Shown here one piece after another: positions 38,351 through 51,618 of a stretch of 64,000 bases of DNA. This DNA comes from Octopus sinensis (lineage: Eukaryota). Position numbers and translations under genes: made by a program. Position 1 is the stretch's first letter, and each line of letters begins with the position of its first letter. The notes under the pieces were generated by a model. That model did no database searches, had not been told where the DNA came from, and saw nothing but the letters and a program-made list of their open reading frames with translations. The stretch lies in NCBI RefSeq assembly GCF_006345805.1, contig NC_043010.1:28396001-28460000 (forward strand), written 5' to 3'.

Positions 38351-39187
38351 CTGCAATGCAAGAGGAATAATAAAGTTCAGAGACATTATAAAAAGAAAAG
38401 AGGCCAGGAGAAAGGATAGAGATAGAAAAGAGATAGAGAGATCGATTAAAAGAGAAAGTGGGAGATGCTTACTGGTGACAGTTAACTCTTTATTGAACTG
38501 CCATTGAATTATCTCCCTTTAATACGTCTGCCTCACCCTTTTTTTTTTTGAAACAGGAAAGCTGTGTGGGTGTTTGTGATGCTCCTTGTTTTAACGTTCA
38601 CTTCTCCATAATTACATGGACCAGACGAAATTTGGCTGAAGTAGATTTTTTACAGGAGGGTTACCCTTCCTGTTCACAGCCCTTAACTATTTCCAAGCAA
38701 GGTAATATTTCACCCTGGCCTGACATCTTTTCACCGAGTTTGGAAATGAAGGACACCACTTGTATGCTGGTTGGCAATGCTCATTTACAGCTATTAAGCA
38801 AATGTCAACACAAGGAAGCACAAACGCATGTGTGCCCCATCAACACCATCAATACTATATCTGCCAGCCAACAAATTACCTTGTAAGTAAAATTGGTAAA
38901 TGGAAACTAAAAAAAGCATGCTGTGAGTTTTACACAATAGGGTTCTTTTGGTTTCTGTTTACCAAATCCACTACAAGGATTTGGTCAGCACAGGACTACA
39001 GTAGAAAACACTTGCTTAAAGTGTCACACAATGGGACCAAACCCAAAACCATGTGGCCGAGAAGTAAACTTCTAAACCATATATGAAATATCAAAACACA
39101 AAAACTTCCACCTGGAAGAATTTATCATATATATATGCTTTCACTGTGAATGGTTTTGTTAAGCAGAGTTGAGTTTTGCAATTCTGT

Positions 39188-39370
39188 AAATAATAATAGT
39201 ATTTTATAAGCTTAAAGCTTATAGTGATCATCATGCAATGACTAAGGAAAATAGTCGACAGAAAAAAGGTTGTCCTGTGCATATCACATATGCCCCATTC
39301 TAAGACTATTTTCCTTAGTCATTGCATGATGATTGCTATAGGCTTTAAGCTTATAAAATACTATTATTTA
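39188..39370. repeat. Fold-back element: about 65-bp inverted arms (3 mismatches), 47-bp spacer
   Basis: 39192-39256 is the reverse complement of 39304-39368. Confidence 0.85.
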
Positions 39371-39397
39371 TTTATATATATATATATACATACATAA

Positions 39398-41203
39398 AAC
39401 TAATTAGAGAGAGAGTTAGTTTAGATGAGATGCAGTTTGGGTTCGTGCCAGGGAAAAGCACCACTGATGCCATATTCCTGGTAAGACAGCTGCAGGAGAA
39501 ATACCTAGCCAAAGATAAGCCCCTGTACCTGGCTTTCGTTGACATGGAGAAAGCCTTCGACAGGGTCCCCCAATCCCTTATCTGGTGGTCAATGAGGAAA
39601 CTAGGGATAGATGAATGGTTAGTGAGAGGTGTGCAAGCCATGTACAGGGACGCTGCTAATAAGGTGAGGGTTGGCAACAAGTACAGTGAAGAATTCCGGG
39701 TAGAGGTAGGGGTCCAGCAAGGTTCAGTCCTCAGCCCCCTCCTATTTATCATAGTCCTCCAGGCAATAACGAAGGAATTCAAGACAGGATGCCCCTGGGA
39801 GCTCCTCTACGCTGATGACCTTGCTCTAATTGCTGAGTCACTATCAGAACTGGAGGAGAAGTTTCAGGTGTGGAAGCAAGGATTAGAATCGAAGGGCCTT
39901 AGAGTCAACCTAGCTAAAACCAAAGTCCTAATAAGTAGGAAGGTAGACAAGTCACAAACGCCTTCAGGTAGATGACCCTGCTTGGTCTGTAGAAAAGGCG
40001 TAGGTAGGAACTCTATAAGATGTACCAAGTGTAAGCTATGGACACATATAAGGTGCAGCAACGTCAAAAGAAGGCTAACTAGGAAGATAGTTTTTGTATA
40101 TGGCAGATGTTCAGGAACAATAAACACTGAAAATGCACAGAGACCAACTTCCGCCACATTCCAGGGAGAAAAACTAGAAATAGTTGATAGCTTCCGTTAT
40201 CTAGGTGAACAAGTCAGTGTGTTGAAAGTGTAACTGTTAGAGTAAGAATAGCCTGGGCAAAGTTCAGAGAGCTCTTACCTCTGCTAAGGACAAAAGGCCT
40301 CTCACTCAGAGTAAAAGGCAGACTGTAGGACGCATGTGTACAAACAGCCATGCTACATGGCAGTGAAACATGGGCCGTGACTGCTGAGGATATGCGTAAG
40401 CTCGCAAGAAATGAAGCCAGTATGCTCCAATGGATGTGTAATGTCAGTACTCATACTCGACAGAGTGTAAGTACCTTAAGAGGTAAGTTTCACCTAAGAA
40501 GCATCAGTTGTGGTGTGCAAGAGAGACGTTTGCGCTGGTATGGTCATGTGGCGAGAATGGATGAAGATAGTTGTGTGAAAAAGTGCCACACCCTAGCAGT
40601 TGAGGGAACCTGTGGAAGAGGTAGACCCAGGAAAACCTGGGACGAGGTGGTGAAGCACGACCTTTGAACTTTAGGTCTCACCGAGGAATTGACTAGAGAC
40701 CAAGACCTTTGGAAGTATGCTGTGCGTGAGAAGACCTGGCAGGACAAGTGAGACCATAACCCATGGCCTCTACCTGGGATGTAGCTAGTCCACCTATGCA
40801 TACCTTTCCTTCTTGGGACACAAAACTCTACTTGTGAAGACCTGTTGAGGCAAGTGAAAATCAAAATCAATCAACAAATGGAAATTGTAGCTGTGATACC
40901 AGTGCCGGTGGCACATAAGAGAACCATCCGAACGTGGCCATTGCCAGCGCCGCCCCGACTGGCCTCCATGCTGGTGGCACGTAAAAATCACCATCCAATC
41001 GTGGCCGTTTGCCAGCCTTGTCTGGCACGTAAAAAGCACCCACTACACTCATGGAGTGGTTGGCGTTAGGAAGGGTATCCAGCCGTAAAAACATTGCCAG
41101 ATCAGACTGGGCCTGGTGCAGCCTTCTGGCTTCCCAGACCCCAGTTGAACCGTCCAACCCATGCCAGCATGGAAAGCGGACGCTAAACGATGATGATGAT
41201 GAT
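39398..41203 (+). mobile_element. 5'-truncated RTE LINE, copy 1 (RT core, PHD-like finger, 3' UTR, (GAT)n tail), with stops
   Basis: ORF 39430-39975 has FVDMEKAFDRVP, QGSVLSP and YADD; ORF 40350-40667 has RWYGHV and RGRPRKTW. Confidence 0.93.
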
Positions 41204-43049
41204 AAAACAACAGACGGATAATGTGCCGATGTGTCAATTCACTACAGCTGTTTCCAACAGATACAATCTCGAAGGTGCACATGCTGTTGGCTTTTGAATG
41301 TTGCGATTCCCGTATTCACCAGATGAAAATGGTTTCTTCTTTTTTTTTGTAATGATGTCTCCATTACTCAATTAAAAATTTGTTGGAAACAGTTGACACA
41401 TTAACCATCTGCTGTTATCTATTTATTTATTGTTCCCCTCATTTGGAACCTGCTCCTTGCCTAGATCCGAAGTATATTATGGACCGTACATTTATTGCAA
41501 CGTGTGTTTCTTGATTAGCCTCAGGGCTATTGATATGCTCGGTCAAGTACAGTTAATCGCATACAAAACCTGAATATCGTTCTGCCTGCACTTTGGTACC
41601 CACTTATTTATTCCTCTAATTTCGTTGTGTACACATTTTACTTTCCGACCCAACCAAGTACCTTACCATTTCAGTACCTGATTCACTTGAATCCTGATCT
41701 ATTTATATATCAATAGCTTCCATATCCTTATTTTTAAATTCAATTGAATTTATAGAGAACATTGATTTTCATGTTTTGTAATGCTGTGTTACTTCCCTTG
41801 GAGATTTCCTTTAACCTGGTTGTTACCGTATTTCAATTAATCAAGAAAAAAAAAAATGAAATACACAATTTAGTAAAATAAGTGCCACTATTAAGCCGTT
41901 TATAGGGTGGTGAGAAAGCAGACTCATTACTTCAGCAAACAAAAATGTTTAGTGGCATTTCTTCCAGATCCCCCAAGGCTGACTGTCTTCTATCATTTTG
42001 GGATGGATAAAGTACCTGTTAAATACTTTCTCCTTCCATCAAAATTGTGCCAAAAATAGAATTAAGCTTAGTGTTTGGAACATAAATTAACATGAAATTT
42101 TAATTTAGATCAGTTTAAAATAGGAAATCTATACCACAGAACCAAGGGCAGTCTCAGGCAGGTTGGCATCATAAAGGTTAACAACTTTGAAGAATTATTA
42201 AGCCTCGAGATTATCTCCCTTCCTCATAGAGCTGACCTTAATTGCCATTTGGTAATTATGACACATCCTTTGGAAGCAGGGATAATTTCAATAATCACAA
42301 CTTTATTTTGTGTGGTCTTTGATACTTGTCTATTTATAAAAAAAAAAAAAGGTAACATAATACAGAGCAACTTTAACCCTTAATAATATTTAATTATAAA
42401 AACATACTAGGAATTTGTAAACATCAAATGGCTAAGAGGGTCCACCTAAGTACAATAGGAATCAAAGAGGGTTCCATAGGTATAAAATGGTTGAGAACCA
42501 TTGCCTCCACATGAATTGTTGAAATGGACTAAAAGTTGTCCGTTTGGTTACACTCGGTAATATTCCCCTCACCTTTACACACTCTGCTGGCTGTATTGAA
42601 AAAACACTTGTCTTACTGTCCACTTGACCGTAATATCCAAAGGAATAAATAAACAAGAGCACAAACCTCCACCAAGGCAACACCAATGTCCTCTCAACGA
42701 TTAGCTGGAGATGGTTTTTAAAATGAGAAGATCTAAAAAAACTTGAGTGCTCTCACAAATTAGAATACTAAAAATGAGCCCAATGGCTCTCAAAAGTTAA
42801 GTAAAAAAACGGGAAAAATAATCCAGAATCCTAGTCCGGTACTGGATTGATCCCAAAATCTAATCAGTTTGTGCCAGTCATGAGGCCAAACATCTCTGAA
42901 AGTTTCATCAAAAATCTATCCAGCAGTTCTTGAGATATCTTGTCCAAACACAACTGAAAACAATACCTTCACCTTTGCTAAGGTGGAGGTAATAAATGAA
43001 GAGCGGAGGGAAGAGAGAAAAACAAAACGACACTGGCCGGCATACATAC

Positions 43050-44859
43050 CTGCTGTTGAGTGTTTCTACTTTGACAACTTCAATATCACTGTCGTCAGAA
43101 TCGGAAGATAGTTGCACGTCGGGTATAACAGGAAATGGTTCCTGCCAGTCACCGTGTGTGCTTGACAGAGATGACAGTCTCGAAGATGACGATGAGGATG
43201 AAGATGATGACGATGAAGATGAGGATGATGTAGAAGGGGAAGAAGAAGAGGATGATAAAGGCGACTGCGACTGACCGTCACCATTTTGCGTGCTGCCACT
43301 GGTCTCATCTCCTGTGGAGTTGTCAGTGTTAGAACTAACGCTGCTTTCTCCGGTTGTGTTGTTAATGTTTGTGGCCACAGTCAAGAGTTTCGAGAGTAAA
43401 CTTCCAGAGGTCTGACTCAGACTGCTGCCACAGCTACTAGAGTTACTCAACTCAGATTGAGGGTCATTCCTCTGGTCACAGTCAATCGGTTCTGTCGTAT
43501 TGTCGGTCCTGCTGTGTTGGATACAAGAACTGCGGGTTGCATCACTCCGGGGTGTTATGCACAGTTCGCAGTCGACGTAGGAGCTACTGCAGTTATCAGT
43601 ACTGCTGCCGGCAGCAAATTGACCACTGCTAGTATTTAGAGAGGTTGGGATGGTGTTGTGGCCAGTGCAACTATGGCCCGTCTCTTGGTTAGCGTTACGT
43701 GTTCCAACACGACATGGCTTGGGTGAGCAGACAGATGTCAACTGGTTTTCTACACTTGCTAAACATTCACTGCTATTGTTGTTGTTGTTGTTGCTGCTGC
43801 TGTTGTATCTTCTCGTTGGAGGAGGATGTGTGATCAACTGTTCATTAGAAGTTTCACCTGTGTTTCCACCACAACAAGAAAGGAGATTTATACCGTCATT
43901 ACCACCACTATTACTACCACCAACGCTACTACTACTACTACTACTGCTGCTGCTGCTACTGTTGCTGCTGTGCGCAGAAGGACTGTGGCTGGTGGAATGA
44001 CTGCGAGAAGCCGTTCGGCTGGCACTTGAGTTTAAATCAACATGAGAACCAGTTGGTAAATTTAGTACATCGATATCAGAAGCCGAGCTGCTACTGCTGC
44101 TGCTGTTGCTGTTTCTACGCTCACGTGGTCTTAGATCTGAACCTGTACACAGTGAATTGGCGCCGTGCATATGCTGGCGCTTGAAACAATGGTTATGGTG
44201 CAATGATGTGAAGTCCTTGTCCTCGCCTGCCGACTTGGAGACGACCGAAGAAGACTGGTGATGGTGGTGGTGTCGATGTGGGTGATGATGGTGATGATGA
44301 TGGTGATGACGGCGGTGATGATGGTGATTGCTGGATGCACTGTTGCTGCTGCCACTTGCACCAGCATTCGACCATGTGTTAGGGTAAGGAGAGTCTGCAC
44401 GGAGCAGAGTGCAGCGGTAACGTGACCTACTAGAGCTGGGACGAGGTAGATTAAAGAGGGTATAAGGATTTAACGAGTCCATTATATTATTAGAGTGTCC
44501 AGAAGAAGTAGCCCCTCGTCTACCACTTCCATTTGAACTGCTGCTTGCACGCGATCGGGATATTCCGGTCACATGGTCTGAGGTTTCGGTAGGCTCATCC
44601 ATACTAGAATTATATTCCAAAGCAGAACTAATGCTGGTTTGTGACCAGCTGCAAGGAGATTCTTTCTGCTCTTCAGATGCCAGCGACGAGTTATTACAAT
44701 AGGGGTCATCTTGAGCTAAGTTTGATAAGTGGTCCATATAGTGGCGAAAATTTTTGGCCAGGTCACCGAGCAATCTTAGTTGACCCTCATTGCTATTACT
44801 GTTAATGTTGCGAAATTGGGAAAAGTAACCAAAGTGATCGGAATCCAAAAGAACAGACT
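43050..44859 (-). CDS. RNF111: Arkadia-like exon B (1810 nt; Ser/His/Asn low-complexity; SIM-like SDIDVLNL and SDSDDSDIEVVKVE)
   Basis: Lies inside ORF 42908-44902. Acceptor ttttgtttccag|AG, donor AG|gtatgt. Length 2+602x3+2. Confidence 0.9.
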
Positions 44860-45649
44860 CTGGAAACAAAAAACGGAAAGCATTAGTAAAAGAGGTGCAC
44901 ATGGATTAGGCAAACACACACACACAACCCTCCCCCACAAAAAAAATACACAAATATTGTGTTTAGAATAATTAGCTTAAAAGATTTTATTCCCAATGCA
45001 AATGGCTATAATGAACTTATCTAATATCCTTCTGGCATAGTATCTATCTACATATGTTTGTTTGGTGTTGTCCGTTGGGAAAAAACAGCATTCAAAACCA
45101 TAGTAGAAATTAATGATATATTTTATTTTGGTCGAGTCAGGATCTTCGGTCACAACTTGTCTGAAAACCCTGTGCACACACAGGTGAAACTCAGAGAACA
45201 AGAGACTGACTTGATCAAAATAAAATCCAATAATATATATTCTTCATTCGTTTTATATCCATTTTCCCATGCTAGCATGGTTTGCACATCAAGGAATCGT
45301 TTTAGTCAGATGCCTTTCCTGTCACTAACCCTTCTTTTTCAAGTAAGGGAGCTCTTACATCACATATTTTTTAAAGGTATGAAGCTAGCAGGTAATTTAT
45401 TGGTGTAAGAAATGACAATAATGTCACTTGTAGCTCACAACGTTCACAGAGCTCAAATGTAAACAAACACTAACACACACAATGGACTTCTTTCAGTTTC
45501 CATTGACCAAATTCACTCCCAAAGGTTTTGGAAGGCCTGGGACTATAGTAGAAGACTCAACTGATGTGCAGTGACAGTGAACTCAAGACATGAAGTTGGG
45601 AAGCAAACTTCCAAACCACACAGCCATACCTGTGCTTTATAGCTAGCTG

Positions 45650-46030
45650 TCTGTCTATCTATCCAGCTACTTCAGTCTTCGACTGCCTAGCTATCTATCC
45701 AGCTATGTATCTTTGATTGGCTATCTATCTATCCTGCTATGTATGTCTTTGACTGTCTATCTCTCCTGCTATGTCTGCCTTTGACTGTCTATCTATCCAG
45801 CTATGTCTTTCTCTGTCTAGCTATCTATCCCGTTACGCCTGTCTTTGACTGTCTATCTATCCAGCTATGTCTTTCTCTGTCTAGCTATCTATCCCGCTAC
45901 GCCTGTCTTTGACTGTCTATCTATCCATCCATGAGTATCTATCTATCCCTCTATGTCTATCCATCTATCAACCTACCTGTCTATCTAAGCATCCACCTAT
46001 CAGTCTGTCTATCCATCCATCCATCCTTCC
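45650..46030. repeat. ATCT/GTCT-derived minisatellite including a 64-bp unit repeated about 2.3 times (45783-45926)
   Basis: Direct inspection. Confidence 0.8.
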
Positions 46031-46439
46031 ATCCATGTACCAACTTATCTATTTCATGAGTGTGTATGAATATATATCCATGTGTGTGTCACTCTTTCTA
46101 TCCCATGTCTTCACACAAAAATGTTTGAGTGAAAACAGTGACAGTCCCTTCTTCAAGTCTCCATCTACAAAATCCATTTACCCAAGGTGCCATGCAGTGG
46201 AGCTGAATCCAAAAGTATGTAGTCGGAAGTAATGGTTGTGTATATGCATACATATTTATAGATGTATACACACAATCATATTTACTTGAACATAATGGAA
46301 TCTTAGAAATAATAGGACCTCCAATTTTTGGCATCTAAGATCGGTAAGATTTGTTAACCTTTCATCTGATTTTACACTAGAGTATATTGTTACTCTCCTT
46401 CATTTTGACACTATCGCTTTGTATTAAATTCCTCTTACT

Positions 46440-46939
46440 ATAAACACACACACACGTGTATTTGTATATACTTATGCATATATATGCACATACATGTATA
46501 CCTATTTACACATACATATCCAAATATATAGATATATATATATATACATATACACACACACATATATATACATATACACACACACACATATATATACATA
46601 TAGACACACACACATATATATACATATACACACACACACACACATACATACATATACACACACACACACACATATATATACATACACACACACACACATA
46701 TATATACACACACACACACACACATATATATACACACATACATACATATATATACATATACACACATACATATATATATATATATACATATACACACATA
46801 CATAATATATATATACTATACACACATACATATATATATTATATACATATACACACATACATATATATATATACATATACACACATACATATATATATAT
46901 AACATATACACACATACATATATATATATATATACATAT

Positions 46940-46970
<31 letters not shown>

Positions 46971-47026
46971 CCACATACATAATATATATACATATACACA
47001 CATACAATATATATATATATACATAT

Positions 47027-47057
<31 letters not shown>

Positions 47058-47408
47058 CATATACACATACATATATATATATACATACACACATATATAT
47101 ATATACATACATATACACACATATATATATATATACATACATATACACACATATATATATATATATACATATACACACATATATATATATATACATATAC
47201 ACACACACATATATATATACATATACACACACACATATATATACATATATATATACATATACACACACATATATATATATATATACATATACACACACAC
47301 ACATATATATATACATATGCACATATATATATATACATATACACACACATATATATATACACACACACATATATATATACATATACACACACACATATAT
47401 ATACATAT

Positions 47409-47441
<33 letters not shown>

Positions 47442-47650
47442 CATATACACACATATATATACATATACACACACACATAGACACATATATATACATACAC
47501 ACAGACACACATATATATACATACACACACATATATATACATACACACACACACATATATACATACACACACACACACACACACAGATACACACATACAC
47601 ACACACACACAGATACACACAGACATATATATATACACACACATACATAT
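46440..47650. repeat. 1.2-kb compound (TA)n/(CA)n microsatellite array in the exon A-B intron
   Basis: Direct inspection; source of the long Y/I/V/C/H/T ORFs. Confidence 0.97.
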
Positions 47651-47766
47651 TCATGTATAAATAAATATACAGTAAATCACAGTCAGATGTTCTTAGGACA
47701 AAGCTCCAAAGAGTAAACGAAAGTGGAGTGTTCAGGAGAGTATGGGCTGAGTTGAGTGTAGCTTAC

Positions 47767-47844
47767 CAGAAGTGGCACCATTGGCACTGTTTTCAACTGA
47801 TACAACATCAATATCTTCTTCTGTGGAATGCCACATATCAGAAC
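47767..47844 (-). CDS. RNF111: Arkadia-like exon A (SDMWHSTEEDIDVVSVENSANGATS), candidate start ATG at 47836, SIM-like EEDIDVVSVE
   Basis: Polypyrimidine tract plus cag acceptor, G|gtaagc donor. Ends in phase 1, matching the next exon. The acceptor implies an unseen upstream exon. Confidence 0.7.
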
Positions 47845-48019
47845 CTGAAGAAAGCACAGAAAAGAGATTAGCTGAGGATACAATCAATGATGATGGATAT
47901 GGATGTGCATGCATGTGCGTCCGTGTGGTTAAGAAGTTCGTTATGCAGTCATATGGTTTAGAGTTCAGTCCTACAGTGGAGCACTTTGAGCAAGTGCCTA
48001 CCATAGTATTGGCTGACTA

Positions 48020-48215
48020 ATGACCGCGTGTGTACCGTTGGCGATTTTTTTTCCTTTGTCTTCCCTTCTCTGGATCTTTCCTTTTCCTATGTTTCCGACG
48101 AAGAGCTCTCCTCGAAACATTAAACCCTCCTTCTTTCCTGAGCGTCCAATAATACTATATTTGTTCCACGTCCTCGCGTTGTTGTGTTTTTTTGTGCTTT
48201 CTTGTTTGGATTAAC
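48020..48215 (+). mobile_element. Penelope-type terminal repeat fragment with a hammerhead variant at 48091-48125
   Basis: GTTT-CCGACGA-A-GAG-ctctc-CTC-GAAA-CATT-AAAC, followed by ttcctgagcg..taatac. Confidence 0.65.
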
Positions 48216-48819
48216 TTTATATAAAGCTGAAGTTGTCTGTGTGTATGTGTGTGTGTGGCAGGTTTGGTAGCCTTCAACTAACACTATCTCCTCCGAGACC
48301 CTGTGCTGCAAGTTGACCAAAACTGAGAGTATGATAGAAGAAGGGTTGCTCTTCATTTTGTAGAAGAAAAAATTCAAATCGGACCATGTTAACACCAAAA
48401 ATTATTTACATCAAAAAGGTGCTTTTTTTCTATGAAAATCCTTATTTTTTACGATTTTTTGACTGCTGTGTCACCATTTTTCAGTGTATTTCAACCAGGT
48501 AAATGTTCACTTAAAGAGAATAACAAGCTACATAATGCAAAATTTTTACTTTTCAAAAATTCCAATTCTAAAGGGTTGAAACAAACCCGAGCAACACCAG
48601 GTGATACTGCTAGTGTATGTATATATATATATTATATATATATATATATATATATCAGCCCAGATATGCTTTCGCAGGGGACTGTAAACAAACATCACCT
48701 CTTGCATGAATGGTGGCGCTTTGTTTACAAGTTTGCTTCTCAACCACATAGTTTTGGATATAGTTCCACTTCATGGCACCTTGACCAAATGTCTTCTACC
48801 ATAGACTTGGGCTGACCAA

Positions 48820-50245
48820 ACACACTACAAACACACAGACTCATACCTAAACTTCTCTTCCTCCCATCCCAAACACACCAAGCTTTCCATCCCCTGTTCC
48901 CAATTCCTCCGTCTACGTAGGCTCTGTAGTGACGACCATGACTTTGAGACTCAATCTCAACTCATGGCTCGCCACTTCATCCTACATGGATACCCACTCA
49001 CCACTATCCACACCGCCCTTGCTAGAGCACGTTCCGTAGACCGTGCATCTGCTCTCTCCCCCCCAAAACCGCCCTGCAGTCTCCCGCCTCCCTTTTCCCT
49101 TCACTTACCACCCCACCACTCCAACACACCATTCTTCGAGCTTTCCGGCATCTCCAGTCCAACCCGTCCACTTCACACCTCTTCCCTAACCGACTCCCCT
49201 CCTTCCAACGAGCCCATAACCTACAAGACCTCTTGGTCCACAGCTTCTTCCCCAACCCTACCTCCCAACCTGACTCGTTCCCCTGCTTCCGCCCACGCTG
49301 CCGCAAGTGCCCTTACCTCTCCAACACCACCCTCCTCACCGGCACCCATCATCGACCCTATCACATCATCGATTCCTTCACCTGCACCTCCAGCAATATC
49401 ATCTATTGCATCTCCTGCTCTCTCTGCCATTCCCTGTACATTGGACAAATGGGACGCCGCTTGGCTGACCAGTTCGCGGAACACCTCCAAGACATCCGCC
49501 TCGCCAATGACACTCCAGTCTCACGCCATTTCCGCTCCACTGGTCACTCCTTGCAACACCTCTCTCTTTTTACTCTTTTACTCTTTTACTTGTTTCAGTC
49601 ATTTGACTGCGGCCATGCTGGAGCACCGCCTTTAGTCGAGCAAATCGACCCCGGGACTTATTCTTTGTAAGCCCAGTACTTATTCTATCGGTCTCTTTTG
49701 CCGCCGCTAAGTGACGGGGACGTAACACACCAGCATCGGTTGTCAAGCGATTTGGGGGGGACAAACACAGACACACAAACACATATACATATATACGACG
49801 GGCTTCTTTCAGTTCCGTCTACCAAATCCACTCACAAGGCATTGGTCGGCCCGGGGCTGTAGCAGAAGACACTTGCCCAAGATGCCACGCAGTGAGACTG
49901 AACCCAGAACCATGTGGTTGGTTAGCAAGCTACTTACCACACAGCCACTCCTGTCTGTTTTCGGATTGTCCTTGCACAGAGGCCATCCGGATTCCCGCAT
50001 GCGCCGTGAACAGGGATTAATCTTCTCTCTTCGCTCTTTTACGCCATTTGGGCTCAACTCTCCCCCCTTTTCATCTAACCTCCTCCCCGACTCCTACTTC
50101 TCTTCACTTCTACATCTTTTCACCCTTACTCGCTTCCCCTTCCCTCTTCCCCTCTACTCTCTTTCCCTCTTCTCCCCTACTCTCTTTCCCTCTGCTCCCT
50201 CACTCCCCTCCTCTCCTCTCTCTTCTCCTCCTCCTCCCCACTCTT
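48820..50245 (+). mobile_element. Penelope-like element 3' fragment (RT thumb plus GIY-YIG endonuclease), frameshifted and split by a SINE
   Basis: YLNFSSSHPKHTKLSIPCSQFLRLRRLCS, then CRKCPY..FTCTSSNIIYCISCSLCHSLYIGQ..R.LADQFAEH..PVSRHF..GHSLQHL. It resumes after the SINE as SVFGL..RREQGLIFSLRSFTPFGLN. Confidence 0.9.
49561..49952 (-). mobile_element. Young family A SINE inserted into the GIY-YIG coding region
   Basis: Complete head-to-tail copy with CpGs retained. The Penelope reading frame rejoins across it (cctctct / cctgtct duplication). Confidence 0.85.
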
Positions 50246-50345
50246 NNNNNNNNNNNNNNNNNNNNNNNNNNNNNNNNNNNNNNNNNNNNNNNNNNNNNNN
50301 NNNNNNNNNNNNNNNNNNNNNNNNNNNNNNNNNNNNNNNNNNNNN
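50246..50345. other. Assembly gap (100 N)
   Basis: Direct inspection. Confidence 1.
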
Positions 50346-50541
50346 AAATGAATTATTGATGAGTGTATGATATAGATGCAGGCATGGCCACGTGTGTGTG
50401 TGTGTGCTTAAGCAGTTCGTTTTGCAACTGCATGTTTTCCAGTTCAGTCCACTGCATGGCACCTTGGGCAAGTGTGTCTTCTATTATAACCTCGGGCCAA
50501 CCAAACCCTTGTGAGTGGTAGATGGAAACTGAAAGAAGCTC

Positions 50542-50609
<68 letters not shown>

Positions 50610-50731
50610 ATATATATATATGTATATAAAGGTGAATGTAAACAAACAAACAAACAAAGTTGGCTTTAGAAGTGTTGAGATGTCCTAGAAAGTTAAAGAA
50701 GTGATTTTAAATTCTGAAACGCAGGATAATG

Positions 50732-50950
50732 CTAATAATATAGCCTGAACATAAGCTACCCCTATTTGGCAGAAAAATGTGTTGGCAGCCAGCTATGAGA
50801 CTCGAACTCATACCTCCATGATTACGCGTCATGGTACTCTGAACCATTAAGCTAAACCGCCCACACCTCACGGAGTTCGAGTCTCATAGCTGGCCGCCAA
50901 CACTTTCTACAAAATAGGGGTAACTTATCTTGTTCAGGTTATATTATTAG
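50732..50950. mobile_element. Fold-back element with about 78-bp inverted arms around a tRNA-like core
   Basis: 50732-50809 is the reverse complement of 50873-50950 with a few mismatches and indels. Confidence 0.8.
50787..50861 (-). pseudogene. tRNA-like cloverleaf (Thr-CGT-like pseudogene or SINE head)
   Basis: GGCGGTT-TA-GCTT-AATGGTTCA-GAGT-A-CCATGA-CGCGTAA-TCATGG-AGGT-ATGAG-TTCGAGT-CTCAT-AGCTGGC-T. A and B boxes intact; U33 absent; G2:G71 mismatch. Confidence 0.65.
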
Positions 50951-50964
50951 TGTGTGTATGTGTG

Positions 50965-51012
<48 letters not shown>

Positions 51013-51618
51013 TGTGTGTGTATGTTTGTGTGTTTGTGTTTGTCCCCCCACCCAAACAACCAATATTGGTGTATTTACGTCCCCATAACTTAGCAGTTAG
51101 GCAAGAGACCAATAGAATAAGTACTAGGGTCAATTTGTTTGACTAAAGGCGGTGCTCCAGCATGACCGCAGTCAAATGACTGAAGTTAAAAAATATAATA
51201 CTAAAAGATATATGACAGGCTATATGCATGTGTGTGTGTGTGTATACATGTGCATGTATATGTACTCCACCGCTTGGTAATGTGATGGTTTGTTTATGTC
51301 CTCATGACTCTGGTTTGGTAAAAGAAACCAACAGAATATAAACCAGACTTAAAACAGTGCTGGAATCGATTTCTTTGACTAACACTATAATGCAGTGCTC
51401 CCGTATGGTAGTAGTCCAGTGTAGGTGTACTTACATCCTGTAACTTAGCGGTTCAGAAAAAGAGAGACTGATAGAATAAGTACCAGGATTTTAAAAAAAA
51501 GGCGGGGTGTCAAGTCATTTGACCAAAATTCTTCAAAGCAGTGCCCAAGCATGGTCACAGTTGAATGACTGAAACAAATAATAGATATATAACCACACAC
51601 ATACATCTACATACATAC

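Noticed and set aside
46438-47664. Long ORFs of Y/I/V/C/M or H/T/Y (also 5687-6144, 23569-23930, 28250-28695, 50353-50653)
   Set aside because: Stop-free translations of TA/CA microsatellites.
49873-50471. ORFs spanning X runs
   Set aside because: They cross the 100-N gap. Only the GIY-YIG tail at 49950-50060 is meaningful.
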